64,000 nucleotides of DNA from Spirochaetia bacterium (GTDB taxonomy: Bacteria; Spirochaetota; Spirochaetia; DSM-2461), in assembly GCA_963668315.1 (NCBI GenBank), contig OY764216.1, positions 5,152,001 through 5,216,000 of the forward strand. Reading direction: 5' to 3'. The notes under the pieces were generated by a model that worked only from the letters and a program-made list of their open reading frames with translations, was not told the DNA's origin and did not search any database. This document shows, in pieces, positions 9,274-18,405 of this stretch. The position numbers were made by a program, and so were the translations under genes. How positions within the stretch are numbered: position 1 is the stretch's first letter; each line of letters starts with the position of its first letter.

Positions 9274-9523
9274 TAAATCACCTGAATGCCCAAAACCTGG
9301 GAGGTCAAAACACCGGAACTATTAGAATTTTCGCTCATTATCCCGGTGATTTCAATAGGAAGACCGTGAAATTCACAAAGCCGCCACAGAGGGCATTTAA
9401 GCTCCCCCATTCCCCTGACGCCCCTCCGCCTTCCAGGGCCCGTCCTCCCGGCTCTGCCTCCCGGAAAGGCGACCTTGACAGAGAAGGGAAAAATATGGAG
9501 TAATATAGGGTAATATATATGAG

Positions 9524-10210
9524 GTGTTCACTTTGAATAAATCACGATTTTTACTCCCCCTGCTGCTTTTCGCCCCTCTTCTTCTCTCGGCTCAGGAGAC
9601 GGCGGAAAATTACTTTGACCGTTTGTCGGAAAACTATGGAACGGTAAGGGATTATCAGGGTGAGATTATCATAACCAGGGACGATACGGTCCAGACGGCT
9701 GATATCTTCTACAAAAGCCCCAATCTGCTCCGTCTCGATTTCACCGACAGCGCCAGCCGGGGAATCGTGATGAACTCGGACGGCGAGAAGCTTCTTCTCC
9801 ACATACCCGAGCACAGCGTTACCTTTACCCAGACCTTAAGGCAGCACAGCAGCACGGCCCTGGCCAATATGGCCAGTTCGCAGGGACTGCATCTTCTCCA
9901 GCAGAACTACAAGATCGGCTACAAAACCGGTCCCGCCCCGGAGCCTCTGGAAGCGGACTCGGAAGAAGTGGTCACCAAACTGCGCCTTGAGTGGCTCTCT
10001 TCCACCGAAGGTTTCCGCGAACTGGAAATTGCCGTCGGCGAGAACCTCCTTATCCGCAGGATCACAGCCGTCACGACTAAATACGAAACGATTCAGTTTG
10101 ATTTTCTCAATCTGCTGATCAACGAAGACATACCGGATACGCGGTTTTACTACGAATCGCCTCCCGTAGGCAATGATATTGAAAACTTTCTATTTGAACC
10201 GGAAGAGTAA
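9524..10210 (+). CDS. lolA: Outer-membrane lipoprotein carrier LolA-family protein
   Basis: Signal peptide, YKSPNLLRLDF, SDGEKL, N.DIPDTRF; directly upstream of rodZ-rimO. Confidence 0.8.
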   Translation: MFTLNKSRFLLPLLLFAPLLLSAQETAENYFDRLSENYGTVRDYQGEIIITRDDTVQTADIFYKSPNLLRLDFTDSASRGIVMNSDGEKLLLHIPEHSVTFTQTLRQHSSTALANMASSQGLHLLQQNYKIGYKTGPAPEPLEADSEEVVTKLRLEWLSSTEGFRELEIAVGENLLIRRITAVTTKYETIQFDFLNLLINEDIPDTRFYYESPPVGNDIENFLFEPEE

Positions 10211-10212
10211 AC

Positions 10213-11331
10213 ATGCAAGCATTAGGTGAACTATTAAGAACGACAAGGGAAGAACGGGGTTACACACTGGACCAGGTTGTCCATGAAACAAATATTTCCC
10301 GTTCCTATATCGAGGATCTGGAAGGGGAAAGATTTGAAAATTTCCCCGCCGAAGCCTATCTCATCGGCTTTCTCAGAACCTATGCTGATTATCTGGGTCT
10401 GGATCCGGATAAGACCATAGCCCTTTACAGGAACCACAAACTCAAGGAAGAGCCCTCTCCCATCGAAGCGCTCGTGGGAAAAAAGAAACAGAAGATATCC
10501 CCCCTCTTTTTTATTATCGGGGGAGTTATCATCGTTCTGGCCGTGGCGGGTGGTTTGCTCGGCCCTTCCATCGCGGATAGTCTGAGCGAAAAGTCCGCCG
10601 CCAGGGAAGAAGCCCGCAAAGAGAAGGATGTAAGAACCTCCAAAGAGTGGAAGGTCGAAGGTGAACTGACCGAATTCCATGCCCTTGACGGAGACACCAT
10701 TCTTTTCAGCCGGGGTGATAAAACCGTCCGCTATGTCGTCACCGATATGGAAAACGGTCTGAATCTGAAGATCAGCGACGATCCCGAGCATCCGGGGTTC
10801 TTTTTCAGCCTGGGCAAAGAGGTGTTCTTCTCCCTCTTCAAGGATTCACCGGATTACCGGATCTATCTCAAGGATTACGGCTTTTCCCAGGGCGGAGGCG
10901 TTCTGGTTGTTCAGGAGCTGGCACAGGCCGAGATAGACAGAGAAGAAGATGACGTTGTCCTGGACACGGCTCTTATGGAAAATCCCGCCCCTTCAGGGGA
11001 GCAGTCGCGCACGGTGGACCCCGTGGTCATATACACCGTTCCCAGCGGGGAGCGTTTTACCCTGGACATCCGGTTCCGCGGGTACTGTCTGCTCCGTTAC
11101 AAAAGGGATTTCGATGAACCGATCGAGAAGTACTACAAAGACGGCGATACCCTGAGGGTGGAAGTCAACAGCCGCATGGAATTATGGCTGTCCAACGCCG
11201 GTGCCGTTTACGGAAAGATAAACGGAGTAGAACTCGATTTTGGCGATGCCGGCGAAGTTTCGGCAAAAAGGATACAATGGGCGAAAAATGAGTCAGGACA
11301 ATACGAACTCCTCCTTCTCCACGTCTACTAG
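10213..11331 (+). CDS. rodZ: RodZ-like HTH membrane protein
   Basis: LGELLRTTREERG..HTH..GFLRTYADYLGLD, one TM helix, C-terminal SNAGAV..NG (DUF4115-like). Confidence 0.88.
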   Translation: MQALGELLRTTREERGYTLDQVVHETNISRSYIEDLEGERFENFPAEAYLIGFLRTYADYLGLDPDKTIALYRNHKLKEEPSPIEALVGKKKQKISPLFFIIGGVIIVLAVAGGLLGPSIADSLSEKSAAREEARKEKDVRTSKEWKVEGELTEFHALDGDTILFSRGDKTVRYVVTDMENGLNLKISDDPEHPGFFFSLGKEVFFSLFKDSPDYRIYLKDYGFSQGGGVLVVQELAQAEIDREEDDVVLDTALMENPAPSGEQSRTVDPVVIYTVPSGERFTLDIRFRGYCLLRYKRDFDEPIEKYYKDGDTLRVEVNSRMELWLSNAGAVYGKINGVELDFGDAGEVSAKRIQWAKNESGQYELLLLHVY

Positions 11332-12652
11332 AAGTTTTTACATAGAGAACCTGGGCTGCTCCAAGAACCAGGTGGATGCGGAAATCATGGCATCCGCCCT
11401 GATGGACAGGGGCTGGCAGTTTTTCCGCCACGAACCGGAAAAAGCCTCCTATATTATTATCAATACCTGCGGCTTCATCGAGAGCGCCAAAGAAGAGGCT
11501 GTGAATACCATTCTCAGAGCCCTTCAGGAGTATCCCGATAAGAAAATCATCGCCGCCGGATGCATGGCCCAGCGCTACGGAAAGGAACTGTGTGAACAGA
11601 TACCCGAACTCACCGCCGTTTTCGGGAATAAGATTCCCGAGCGGGTGGCCGATTTTCTCGAGGACATTCCCGGAGACAGACTGTTAAAGCCTAAGGGCAC
11701 CAGCTCCTTTCCCCTGAGGAAAGAACTTTTCTCCTTCAAGGGATCGGCCTATGTGAAGATAGCCGAAGGCTGCAACAACAACTGCCGCTTCTGCGCCATC
11801 CCCCTTATCCGGGGTCCCGTGGTCAGCCGTCCCGCCGAGGACATTCTCAAGGAATTGAAGGATCTTTTGAATCGGGGCATCTTCGAACTGAACCTCGTGA
11901 CTCAGGATCTGGCGAACTGGGGACAGGAATGGGGACGTAACCTCAGCGATCTTCTGGCCGAAATAACAAAACTGGAAGGGGATTTCTGGATTCGCCTTCT
12001 CTATATCCATCCCGATCACTTCCCCATGGATATTCTGCCCATCATGCAGAAGGATCCCCGGATCATTCCCTACTTTGATATTCCCTTCCAGCATGCATCG
12101 GAAAAGGTACTCAGGGGAATGGGACGATTAGGCAGCGGAGAAACCTATCTTGAATTGATCAGGACCCTTCGCCGGGAACTGCCCGACTGCGTTATCCGCT
12201 CCACCTTCATGACCGGTTTTCCCGGAGAGGACAAAGCCGCCTTTGAAGAGCTTCTGGATTTTCAGGAAAAGGCCGAGCTGGACTGGGTGGGTGTATTTTC
12301 CTTCTCCCCCGAAGAGGACACCCCCGCCTACAGGGATAGCCAGTCCTTCCTGGCGAAGAGAACGATCGCCCGGGGAGAGAAAAGGAAGCAGATTGTCGAG
12401 GAGCATCAGGTCGGTCTGACCGAGAAGCGCCTGGAGAAATGGATAGGCCGGGAGACTCTCCTTCTGGTGGAGGAAGAGATCCCCGAAGAGGACCTCTATC
12501 TGTGCCGAAGCTACGGTCAGGCGCCGGAAATTGACGGGCTGACCGTTCTTCACGGGGAAGATCTCAAAACGGGGGATCAGATAAAGGCCCGTATCATCAA
12601 AGCGAATGGCTTTGACCTGGAGGCAGTCAGGCTGGAAGAAGGAGATCTCTGA
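11288..12652 (+). CDS. rimO: Ribosomal protein S12 methylthiotransferase
   Basis: LGCSKNQVD, NTCGFI, EGCNNNCRFCAIP radical SAM motif, APEIDG TRAM domain. Start codon uncertain. Confidence 0.95.
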   Translation: MSQDNTNSSFSTSTRSFYIENLGCSKNQVDAEIMASALMDRGWQFFRHEPEKASYIIINTCGFIESAKEEAVNTILRALQEYPDKKIIAAGCMAQRYGKELCEQIPELTAVFGNKIPERVADFLEDIPGDRLLKPKGTSSFPLRKELFSFKGSAYVKIAEGCNNNCRFCAIPLIRGPVVSRPAEDILKELKDLLNRGIFELNLVTQDLANWGQEWGRNLSDLLAEITKLEGDFWIRLLYIHPDHFPMDILPIMQKDPRIIPYFDIPFQHASEKVLRGMGRLGSGETYLELIRTLRRELPDCVIRSTFMTGFPGEDKAAFEELLDFQEKAELDWVGVFSFSPEEDTPAYRDSQSFLAKRTIARGEKRKQIVEEHQVGLTEKRLEKWIGRETLLLVEEEIPEEDLYLCRSYGQAPEIDGLTVLHGEDLKTGDQIKARIIKANGFDLEAVRLEEGDL

Positions 12653-14817
12653 TGCATCCCCTTCTGCAGAAACAGCTGGATCTGCTCAATGAGCCGCAGA
12701 AGGAATCGGTTCTTCACGGAAAGGATCCCCTGCTGATACTGGCCGGTGCCGGTTCGGGTAAAACGCGGGTCATTACCACCCGCATCGCCTACCTCATCGG
12801 TTCCCAGCAGGTTCATCCCGCGTCCATTCTGGCCGTGACGTTCACCAACAAGGCAGCGGCGGAGATGAAGGAGCGGGTGGAGAATATGGCCCCCGGCTCC
12901 TCCCGGGTGATGATCAAGACCTTTCACTCCTTCGGAGCCTGGCTGCTTAGACTGAATGCGGAGCGCTGCGGCCTCAAACCCAGCTTTGTGATTTATGATG
13001 ACAAGGATTCGGTGGAACTCCTCCGCACGATCTATCCCGACCAGCCCCGTAATGAACTCAAAGTATACGCCAACCTCATATCCCGGGCGAAAGACGAGTG
13101 CCTCACCCCTTCGGATAACCTGAAGAGCATAAGCAGCGATCCCCGCTTTCCTGAATATTACGAAAAATACGAAGAGAAGATCCGCCGGGTGGGCAATGCC
13201 GATTTCGGTGACCTGATAGCCATGCCTGTCCATCTGCTCAGAGGCAATGAAGAGATCCGGCTCAGGCTGCGGCAACGTTTTCAAGCCATTCTGGTCGATG
13301 AATACCAGGACACCAACCGGGCCCAGGATCTCCTCCTTGAGCAGCTTGTGGGACCTGAAAACCGGCTCTGCGTGGTGGGGGACGACGATCAGTCCATCTA
13401 CCGGTTCAGGGGAGCCCGGGTAGAGAATATTCTGAGCTTCGAGAAGCGCTTTCCCCAGACCAAGGTTATCCGCCTGGAGGAGAACTACCGCTCCACCGGC
13501 CATATCCTGGCCGCCGCCTCGGCCGTGGTGGACAACAACCAGGGCCGGCTGGGAAAAACACTGTGGACCAGAAAGGGCGACGGAGAGAAACCACGGGTTC
13601 TCTACTTTTCCGACCAGAAGGAAGAAACCCGTTACGTGGTCGATCTTCTGCGGGACAAACGCTACGAAGAGACGGCCATCCTCTACAGGACTAACGCCCA
13701 GTCGAAAAACTTTGAAGACACCTTCCGCAAGAACAATATACCCTACCGTCTGGTAGGAAACCTGAGTTTCTACGAGCGGGAAGAGGTCAAGGATGCCCTG
13801 GCTTTCCTGAGCCTTCTTCTCAATAACGCCGACGAAGTGGCCATGAGGCGGATCATCAATAAACCCGCCCGGGGAGTGGGTGCCGGAGCCCTTGAGAAAA
13901 TTGATCCTTTTCTGGAAGAAACGGACGATGTTCTGGAAGCGGTCAGACTCTCCCTCCCCTATCAGAGGGGCAAGGCGAAAACCAGTTTGGAGAAGTTTGC
14001 CGCCTCCTATCAGAAACCGATCTGGGACAGCGAACAGGACTCCCTGGCCTACTATATCCGCACCTTCCTCGACCGCTTTGAGCTGATGGAACACTACCGC
14101 ACCCGTGACCGGGCGGAAGGGACCACAAGGGAAGACAATATCCATGAGCTTATCAACAGCGCCTCGGAGTACCGAGGTACCCCGGAAGAGCTGATACGCT
14201 TTATGGAAGAACAGGGCCTGAATCCCCCCTCCCACGAAGAAACGGAGCATGTCAGGGGGGTTACTCTGATTACGATGCACAACACCAAGGGTCTGGAATT
14301 CGAAAGGGTGATCATATCCGGAATGGAAGAGGGGCTCTTTCCGAGGGGCGGCAGCGACGTCTACGAGAACGAAGAGGATACGGAGGAGGAGAGGCGGCTG
14401 TTCTACGTCGCCGTGACCCGGGCCATGAAGGAACTCTATATGACCAGCTGCCGGTACCGCCCCCGCTACGGAAGGATGGAAGAGAGCTGGCCTTCCCGCT
14501 TTATCAACGAACTTCCCGCGGATCACATAATAGAAGAAGCTCCCTACGACAACTTCGGCACCTTTGAACAGGCCAAAGAACCCTGGGACGAGAGCCAGGA
14601 ACAGAACGTAAAGGGAGTGTCGAAAGAACTGAGCGGATTCCGCCAGGGCACACGGGTCTACCACGACGATTACGGAACGGGTGTCGTATTCAACGTCATC
14701 AACAACGGGGGACATGTCGTTATCAACGTACAGTTCGAATCGGGAAAAACCGCCGTTCTGATGCCGGAGTTCTGCTCCCACAAACTGGAGAAGCTTGCCG
14801 ATGACGAATGGCAATAA
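12652..14817 (+). CDS. uvrD: UvrD/PcrA superfamily I DNA helicase
   Basis: AGAGSGKT, TFTNKAA, VDEYQDTN, VGDDDQSIY, NYRS, KGLEF, EERRLFYVA. Confidence 0.95.
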   Translation: MHPLLQKQLDLLNEPQKESVLHGKDPLLILAGAGSGKTRVITTRIAYLIGSQQVHPASILAVTFTNKAAAEMKERVENMAPGSSRVMIKTFHSFGAWLLRLNAERCGLKPSFVIYDDKDSVELLRTIYPDQPRNELKVYANLISRAKDECLTPSDNLKSISSDPRFPEYYEKYEEKIRRVGNADFGDLIAMPVHLLRGNEEIRLRLRQRFQAILVDEYQDTNRAQDLLLEQLVGPENRLCVVGDDDQSIYRFRGARVENILSFEKRFPQTKVIRLEENYRSTGHILAAASAVVDNNQGRLGKTLWTRKGDGEKPRVLYFSDQKEETRYVVDLLRDKRYEETAILYRTNAQSKNFEDTFRKNNIPYRLVGNLSFYEREEVKDALAFLSLLLNNADEVAMRRIINKPARGVGAGALEKIDPFLEETDDVLEAVRLSLPYQRGKAKTSLEKFAASYQKPIWDSEQDSLAYYIRTFLDRFELMEHYRTRDRAEGTTREDNIHELINSASEYRGTPEELIRFMEEQGLNPPSHEETEHVRGVTLITMHNTKGLEFERVIISGMEEGLFPRGGSDVYENEEDTEEERRLFYVAVTRAMKELYMTSCRYRPRYGRMEESWPSRFINELPADHIIEEAPYDNFGTFEQAKEPWDESQEQNVKGVSKELSGFRQGTRVYHDDYGTGVVFNVINNGGHVVINVQFESGKTAVLMPEFCSHKLEKLADDEWQ

Positions 14818-15541
14818 CATACCTGCTTCCCTGCCGCCCATCAAGCGCTGCCGGGATTATCACCTTTACGATTATGCGGGAAACCGCTATCTTGATCTTT
14901 ACCTGGATGGGGGCAGAGCCCTGATGGGCCATAAACCGGGGAAGACCATGCTTCCCTTGAAGAACAGCCTGGAGAAGGGCATCTGGGCCCCTTACCCCTC
15001 GGTTTACGAAGCCCGCCTGGAAAAACTGATTGCCCGGCTGTTCCCCGCCTATCCCAACAGAGCGTTTTTCGCCAACCGGGAACGGATGGAGATAAGTCTG
15101 GGTAAGGAAATTCTCGGAAGGACTGCGGAATGGCTTCCCCTGACGGAACAGGAAGCCCCCTATCTTATCGTCAGGCCGCTTATTCCCGGCATTGACCAGA
15201 CGCATATTGTTCTGGCCGCCGAGCCTCTTCCCCGGGGAGATACGCTTTCTCCGGTTCTTCTGGAAGGGATAATACGAAATTTTCACGATTTTGAGCAGTT
15301 CAGGGAAAAACTGGACACATCCCTCTGGACCCTTTTTGACCGTATGCCCGACTGGAAGAGAAACGGTCCCACTCTGGAGTACCGGGGACAGGCCGATTAT
15401 TCCCTTCTTGTGGAAAGAGCCCTTCAGTCTAAAGTCCTGCTTCCCGCCCGAAAGGAGCAGCCCGTCTTTCTTCCCTCAATCCTTTCGGCCCATGAAATAA
15501 AACTTCTCTCTGAACTATTTTCCCCGACAGAAGGAGACTGA
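14795..15541 (+). CDS. Hypothetical protein with class-III aminotransferase-like N-terminus
   Basis: IKRCRDYHLYDYAGNRYLDL...GH, but only 248 aa with no recognisable PLP-lysine region. Confidence 0.6.
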   Translation: MPMTNGNNIPASLPPIKRCRDYHLYDYAGNRYLDLYLDGGRALMGHKPGKTMLPLKNSLEKGIWAPYPSVYEARLEKLIARLFPAYPNRAFFANRERMEISLGKEILGRTAEWLPLTEQEAPYLIVRPLIPGIDQTHIVLAAEPLPRGDTLSPVLLEGIIRNFHDFEQFREKLDTSLWTLFDRMPDWKRNGPTLEYRGQADYSLLVERALQSKVLLPARKEQPVFLPSILSAHEIKLLSELFSPTEGD

Positions 15542-15543
15542 CC

Positions 15544-15843
15544 ATGACTACCGGAACCCTCGTTTTCATCGCCCTGAAACTTTTATTCGGATTCCTCATA
15601 GCCTTCCTGGCGATTCTTGCCTGGGCCAGAACGAGGGACGGGGCGTGGATCTTCCTTATCGCGGGAACCCTTGTCCGCTATGTAGAGCTCATCTACTCCA
15701 TCCTTTCCGACCTGGAAGTTCTGAACCCCGAATGGGGGTATGTAAATGGCTTTCCCCTGCTCTCGGTGACCCTGACCATTCTTCCCCTGGCTTTCATGGC
15801 CGTCGGATTCTCCCTTTTTCTCCTGCACAAGCGTAAATTCTGA
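15544..15843 (+). CDS. Small three-TM membrane protein
   Basis: 99-aa hydrophobic ORF with GGAG RBS at the operon end. Confidence 0.75.
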   Translation: MTTGTLVFIALKLLFGFLIAFLAILAWARTRDGAWIFLIAGTLVRYVELIYSILSDLEVLNPEWGYVNGFPLLSVTLTILPLAFMAVGFSLFLLHKRKF

Positions 15844-15875
15844 AATAAAAGAAAAAGCGCACTATAATTCATCCC

Positions 15876-16829
15876 ATGAAAAGAGTACTGTCTTTTTTTT
15901 GCGGATGCCTTCTCCTTTCCTGCCAGACGGCGCCTCCCCCCGGGGAGGATAATACCGATTACAGACAGGAAATGCGCCGTCTGGTGATCGATCTCTCCGC
16001 GTATGCCCGCCTTCGTGATTCCGACTTTATCCTGATTCCGCAGAACGGTCAGGAGCTGATTTCGGGAGCCGCCCGGGATTATATGGAGAGCATAGACGGA
16101 ACAGGGAGGGAAGATCTGAATTTCGGCTATACCGGAGATAACCGAAGGACACCGGAGAAAGAGAACGAATCTATGCTTGCCCTGTGCCGGATGTTTGCCT
16201 CCCGGGGAAAAACCGTACTTGTTATCGATTACTGCCGGGATGAAAGCAAAGCCGATATGGCCTTCGCGGCCAATGAGCGGGAGGGGTTCCTCAGTTTTGC
16301 CGCTCCGGACAGAAATCTTAGGCAGATCCCCCCCTACCCTGAGACACCCCGCCATACCGGAGGGCAGAATATTACCAGCCTGGGAGAGGGGCGCAATTTT
16401 CTTTATCTGATCAATGACGATGACTACCGGGACAGAGAGGACCTGCTCCGGGATCTCCGGAAAACCGATTATGATATACTGATCATTGACCTCTGTTTCC
16501 AGGAGAGTTTCTGGACTGCCTCCTAAATTGAATCGCTTAAAGGGAAAAGCAACGGGGGAAGCCGGCTTGTTCTGGCTTACATGAGCATAGGGGAAGCGGA
16601 GGATTACCGCTGGTACTGGCGGGATGAATGGAAAAAGGACAGCCCCTCCTGGCTGGAGGAGGAAAATCCGTCCTGGAGAGGAAATTTCAAAGTCCGTTAC
16701 TGGGAGGCCGATTGGAGGGCGATTCTCTTCGGGTCGTCCGATTCCTATCTGGACCATATCCTCGCCTCCTCATTCGACGGCGCCTATCTGGATATTATTG
16801 ACGGGTTCGAATACTTTGAAAACCGCTAA
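15876..16829 (+). pseudogene. GH114/TM1410-family (endo-alpha-1,4-polygalactosaminidase-like) lipoprotein interrupted by an in-frame TAA at 16524-16526
   Basis: ORFs 15876-16526 and 16581-16829 share a frame. Read-through gives ...WTAS*IESLKGKSNGGSRLVLAYMSIGEAEDYR...FDGAYLD. Confidence 0.85.
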
Positions 16830-16832
16830 ACC

Positions 16833-17960
16833 CTACCCCCTTCTCTGCCGGGCCGCCTGGGCGGCTTTTATCTGCTCCGAGGCTTCCTTTGATATCTTCA
16901 TGAACTCAGGAATGGCATGGGCGAAGAACTTTTTATAGCCCCCGCAGAGATGGCTGAGCGAGCCCTTGTTCCGGGGAAAGTTTTCCCTGTGCTTCTGGCA
17001 GTCGCCCAGGCAGTAATTAAACCACTCGCAGTCGGGACAGGCGGGATTCAGAAGCATTTTGCGTAATCCGAAATCGGCATATTTTGGGGAATCGAGAAAA
17101 CTCTGCCAGGTCGCCGTTCTGATGTTCCCCAGTTTAAGTTCAGGCCTTACAAAGAAGTCGCAGGGATAAACGCTCCCGTCATGCTCAACCACAAAATACT
17201 GGCAGCAGTTCCCGTCCATATGGCAGACGTTGGAACGCCCGGTCAGCATCCGGTTTACGATGGAGTCAAAATAGCGGATCGAAACGCTGTGAATATCATC
17301 GGGATACCAGGAATCGAACAGCTCTATGAGAAAATCACCCCACTCTTCCCCGTCAACGCACCAGCTTTGACCGAATTCCACACAGGGTATGTACTGCTGG
17401 AACCTGAAGCCCTGCTCCTTGAAGAAACGGTATATCGCCCCGGCGTGCTTCACCGAATGGCTGTTGACCAGGGTGAGGATATTATATTCCACGCCATGCC
17501 TTTCCAGTATCTCGATGCCTTTCATGACACGGCTGTGAGTTCCCTTGCCGCCGGCGTCCTTCCTATACTTATCGTGGATGAAATCCGGTCCGTCCAGACT
17601 TATCCCCACAAGAAATTTGTATTCCGCCAGAAGTTCGGCGAATTCATCATTTATCAGGATCCCGTTAGTCTGGATGGCATTGGAAACCGTGGCTCCCCGG
17701 GGAGCATACTTCTTCTCCAGCTCCACGACCTTACGGTAGAAATCAACCCCCATGATGGTCGGTTCCCCTCCCTGGAATGCCAGGGAATAGGCGGGCTGAG
17801 CCGTCTTCATATACCCCTTGATCAATTTTTCCAGAATCGCCTCGGTCATACGGGGCTGATTCTTCTGCATTTTCAGATGTTCAAGATAAAAACAGTAATC
17901 ACAGCGTATATTGCAATCGGCTCCCGCCGGTTTGATTAAAAGGCTAAAAGGCTTGTTCAT
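16833..17960 (-). CDS. Anaerobic sulfatase maturase (radical SAM/SPASM)
   Basis: LLIKPAGADCNIRCDYC, QGGEP, QTNG, VEHDGSVYPCD, C..C.....C.GDC..HR. Confidence 0.92.
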   Translation of the reverse strand: MNKPFSLLIKPAGADCNIRCDYCFYLEHLKMQKNQPRMTEAILEKLIKGYMKTAQPAYSLAFQGGEPTIMGVDFYRKVVELEKKYAPRGATVSNAIQTNGILINDEFAELLAEYKFLVGISLDGPDFIHDKYRKDAGGKGTHSRVMKGIEILERHGVEYNILTLVNSHSVKHAGAIYRFFKEQGFRFQQYIPCVEFGQSWCVDGEEWGDFLIELFDSWYPDDIHSVSIRYFDSIVNRMLTGRSNVCHMDGNCCQYFVVEHDGSVYPCDFFVRPELKLGNIRTATWQSFLDSPKYADFGLRKMLLNPACPDCEWFNYCLGDCQKHRENFPRNKGSLSHLCGGYKKFFAHAIPEFMKISKEASEQIKAAQAARQRRG

Positions 17961-18021
17961 GGGCACCATTCTACCCTTTTTCCCTTGCTCAAACAAGCTT
18001 AGTATAGTACAAAGAAGCGAT

Positions 18022-18405
18022 ATGAAAATTATGAAATTACTGCTTTTAACCCTATGCATCTCTCTGGTTTCCCTTCTCTCCGGCTGCCGGAAAGAACCGG
18101 GGATCCCCCTGGCATACTTCTATCTGGAAGTCTGTCCGGGCTGTGAAAGCTATATTAAGGCTGAAGCGTTGAGCAACACAGTCGCCGAACTGGTTAAATC
18201 GGGCAGATATGAGGGGCGAAGCTGGAACATGGGTCACTCTTCCGAGGATTCCGGCGCCATCCTTATGAACATGATAGAAGAGAGAAATCTTCCCGATATA
18301 TCCTACGCCCTTCCCCTTCTGTTCGTCGGCGACGATTACTACGTGGGATATGAAGATATAGAATCCACCCTCTCCCGTCTACAGGAAGATCTTACAAAAG
18401 AATAA
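18022..18405 (+). CDS. Thioredoxin/glutaredoxin-like lipoprotein
   Basis: Lipobox LSGC, YFYLEVCPGC, LPLLFVGD. Confidence 0.7.
   Translation: MKIMKLLLLTLCISLVSLLSGCRKEPGIPLAYFYLEVCPGCESYIKAEALSNTVAELVKSGRYEGRSWNMGHSSEDSGAILMNMIEERNLPDISYALPLLFVGDDYYVGYEDIESTLSRLQEDLTKE

Noticed and set aside
9365..9378. Rex-like box GTGAAATTCACAA
   Set aside because: Half-site spacing does not match TTGTGAA-N4-TTCACAA.
12577..14844. 755-aa minus-strand ORF
   Set aside because: Mirrors uvrD on the opposite strand and has no domain features.
16524..16526. Programmed stop-codon recoding
   Set aside because: The codon is TAA, not TGA or TAG; other genes use TAA as stop; no SECIS-like context.
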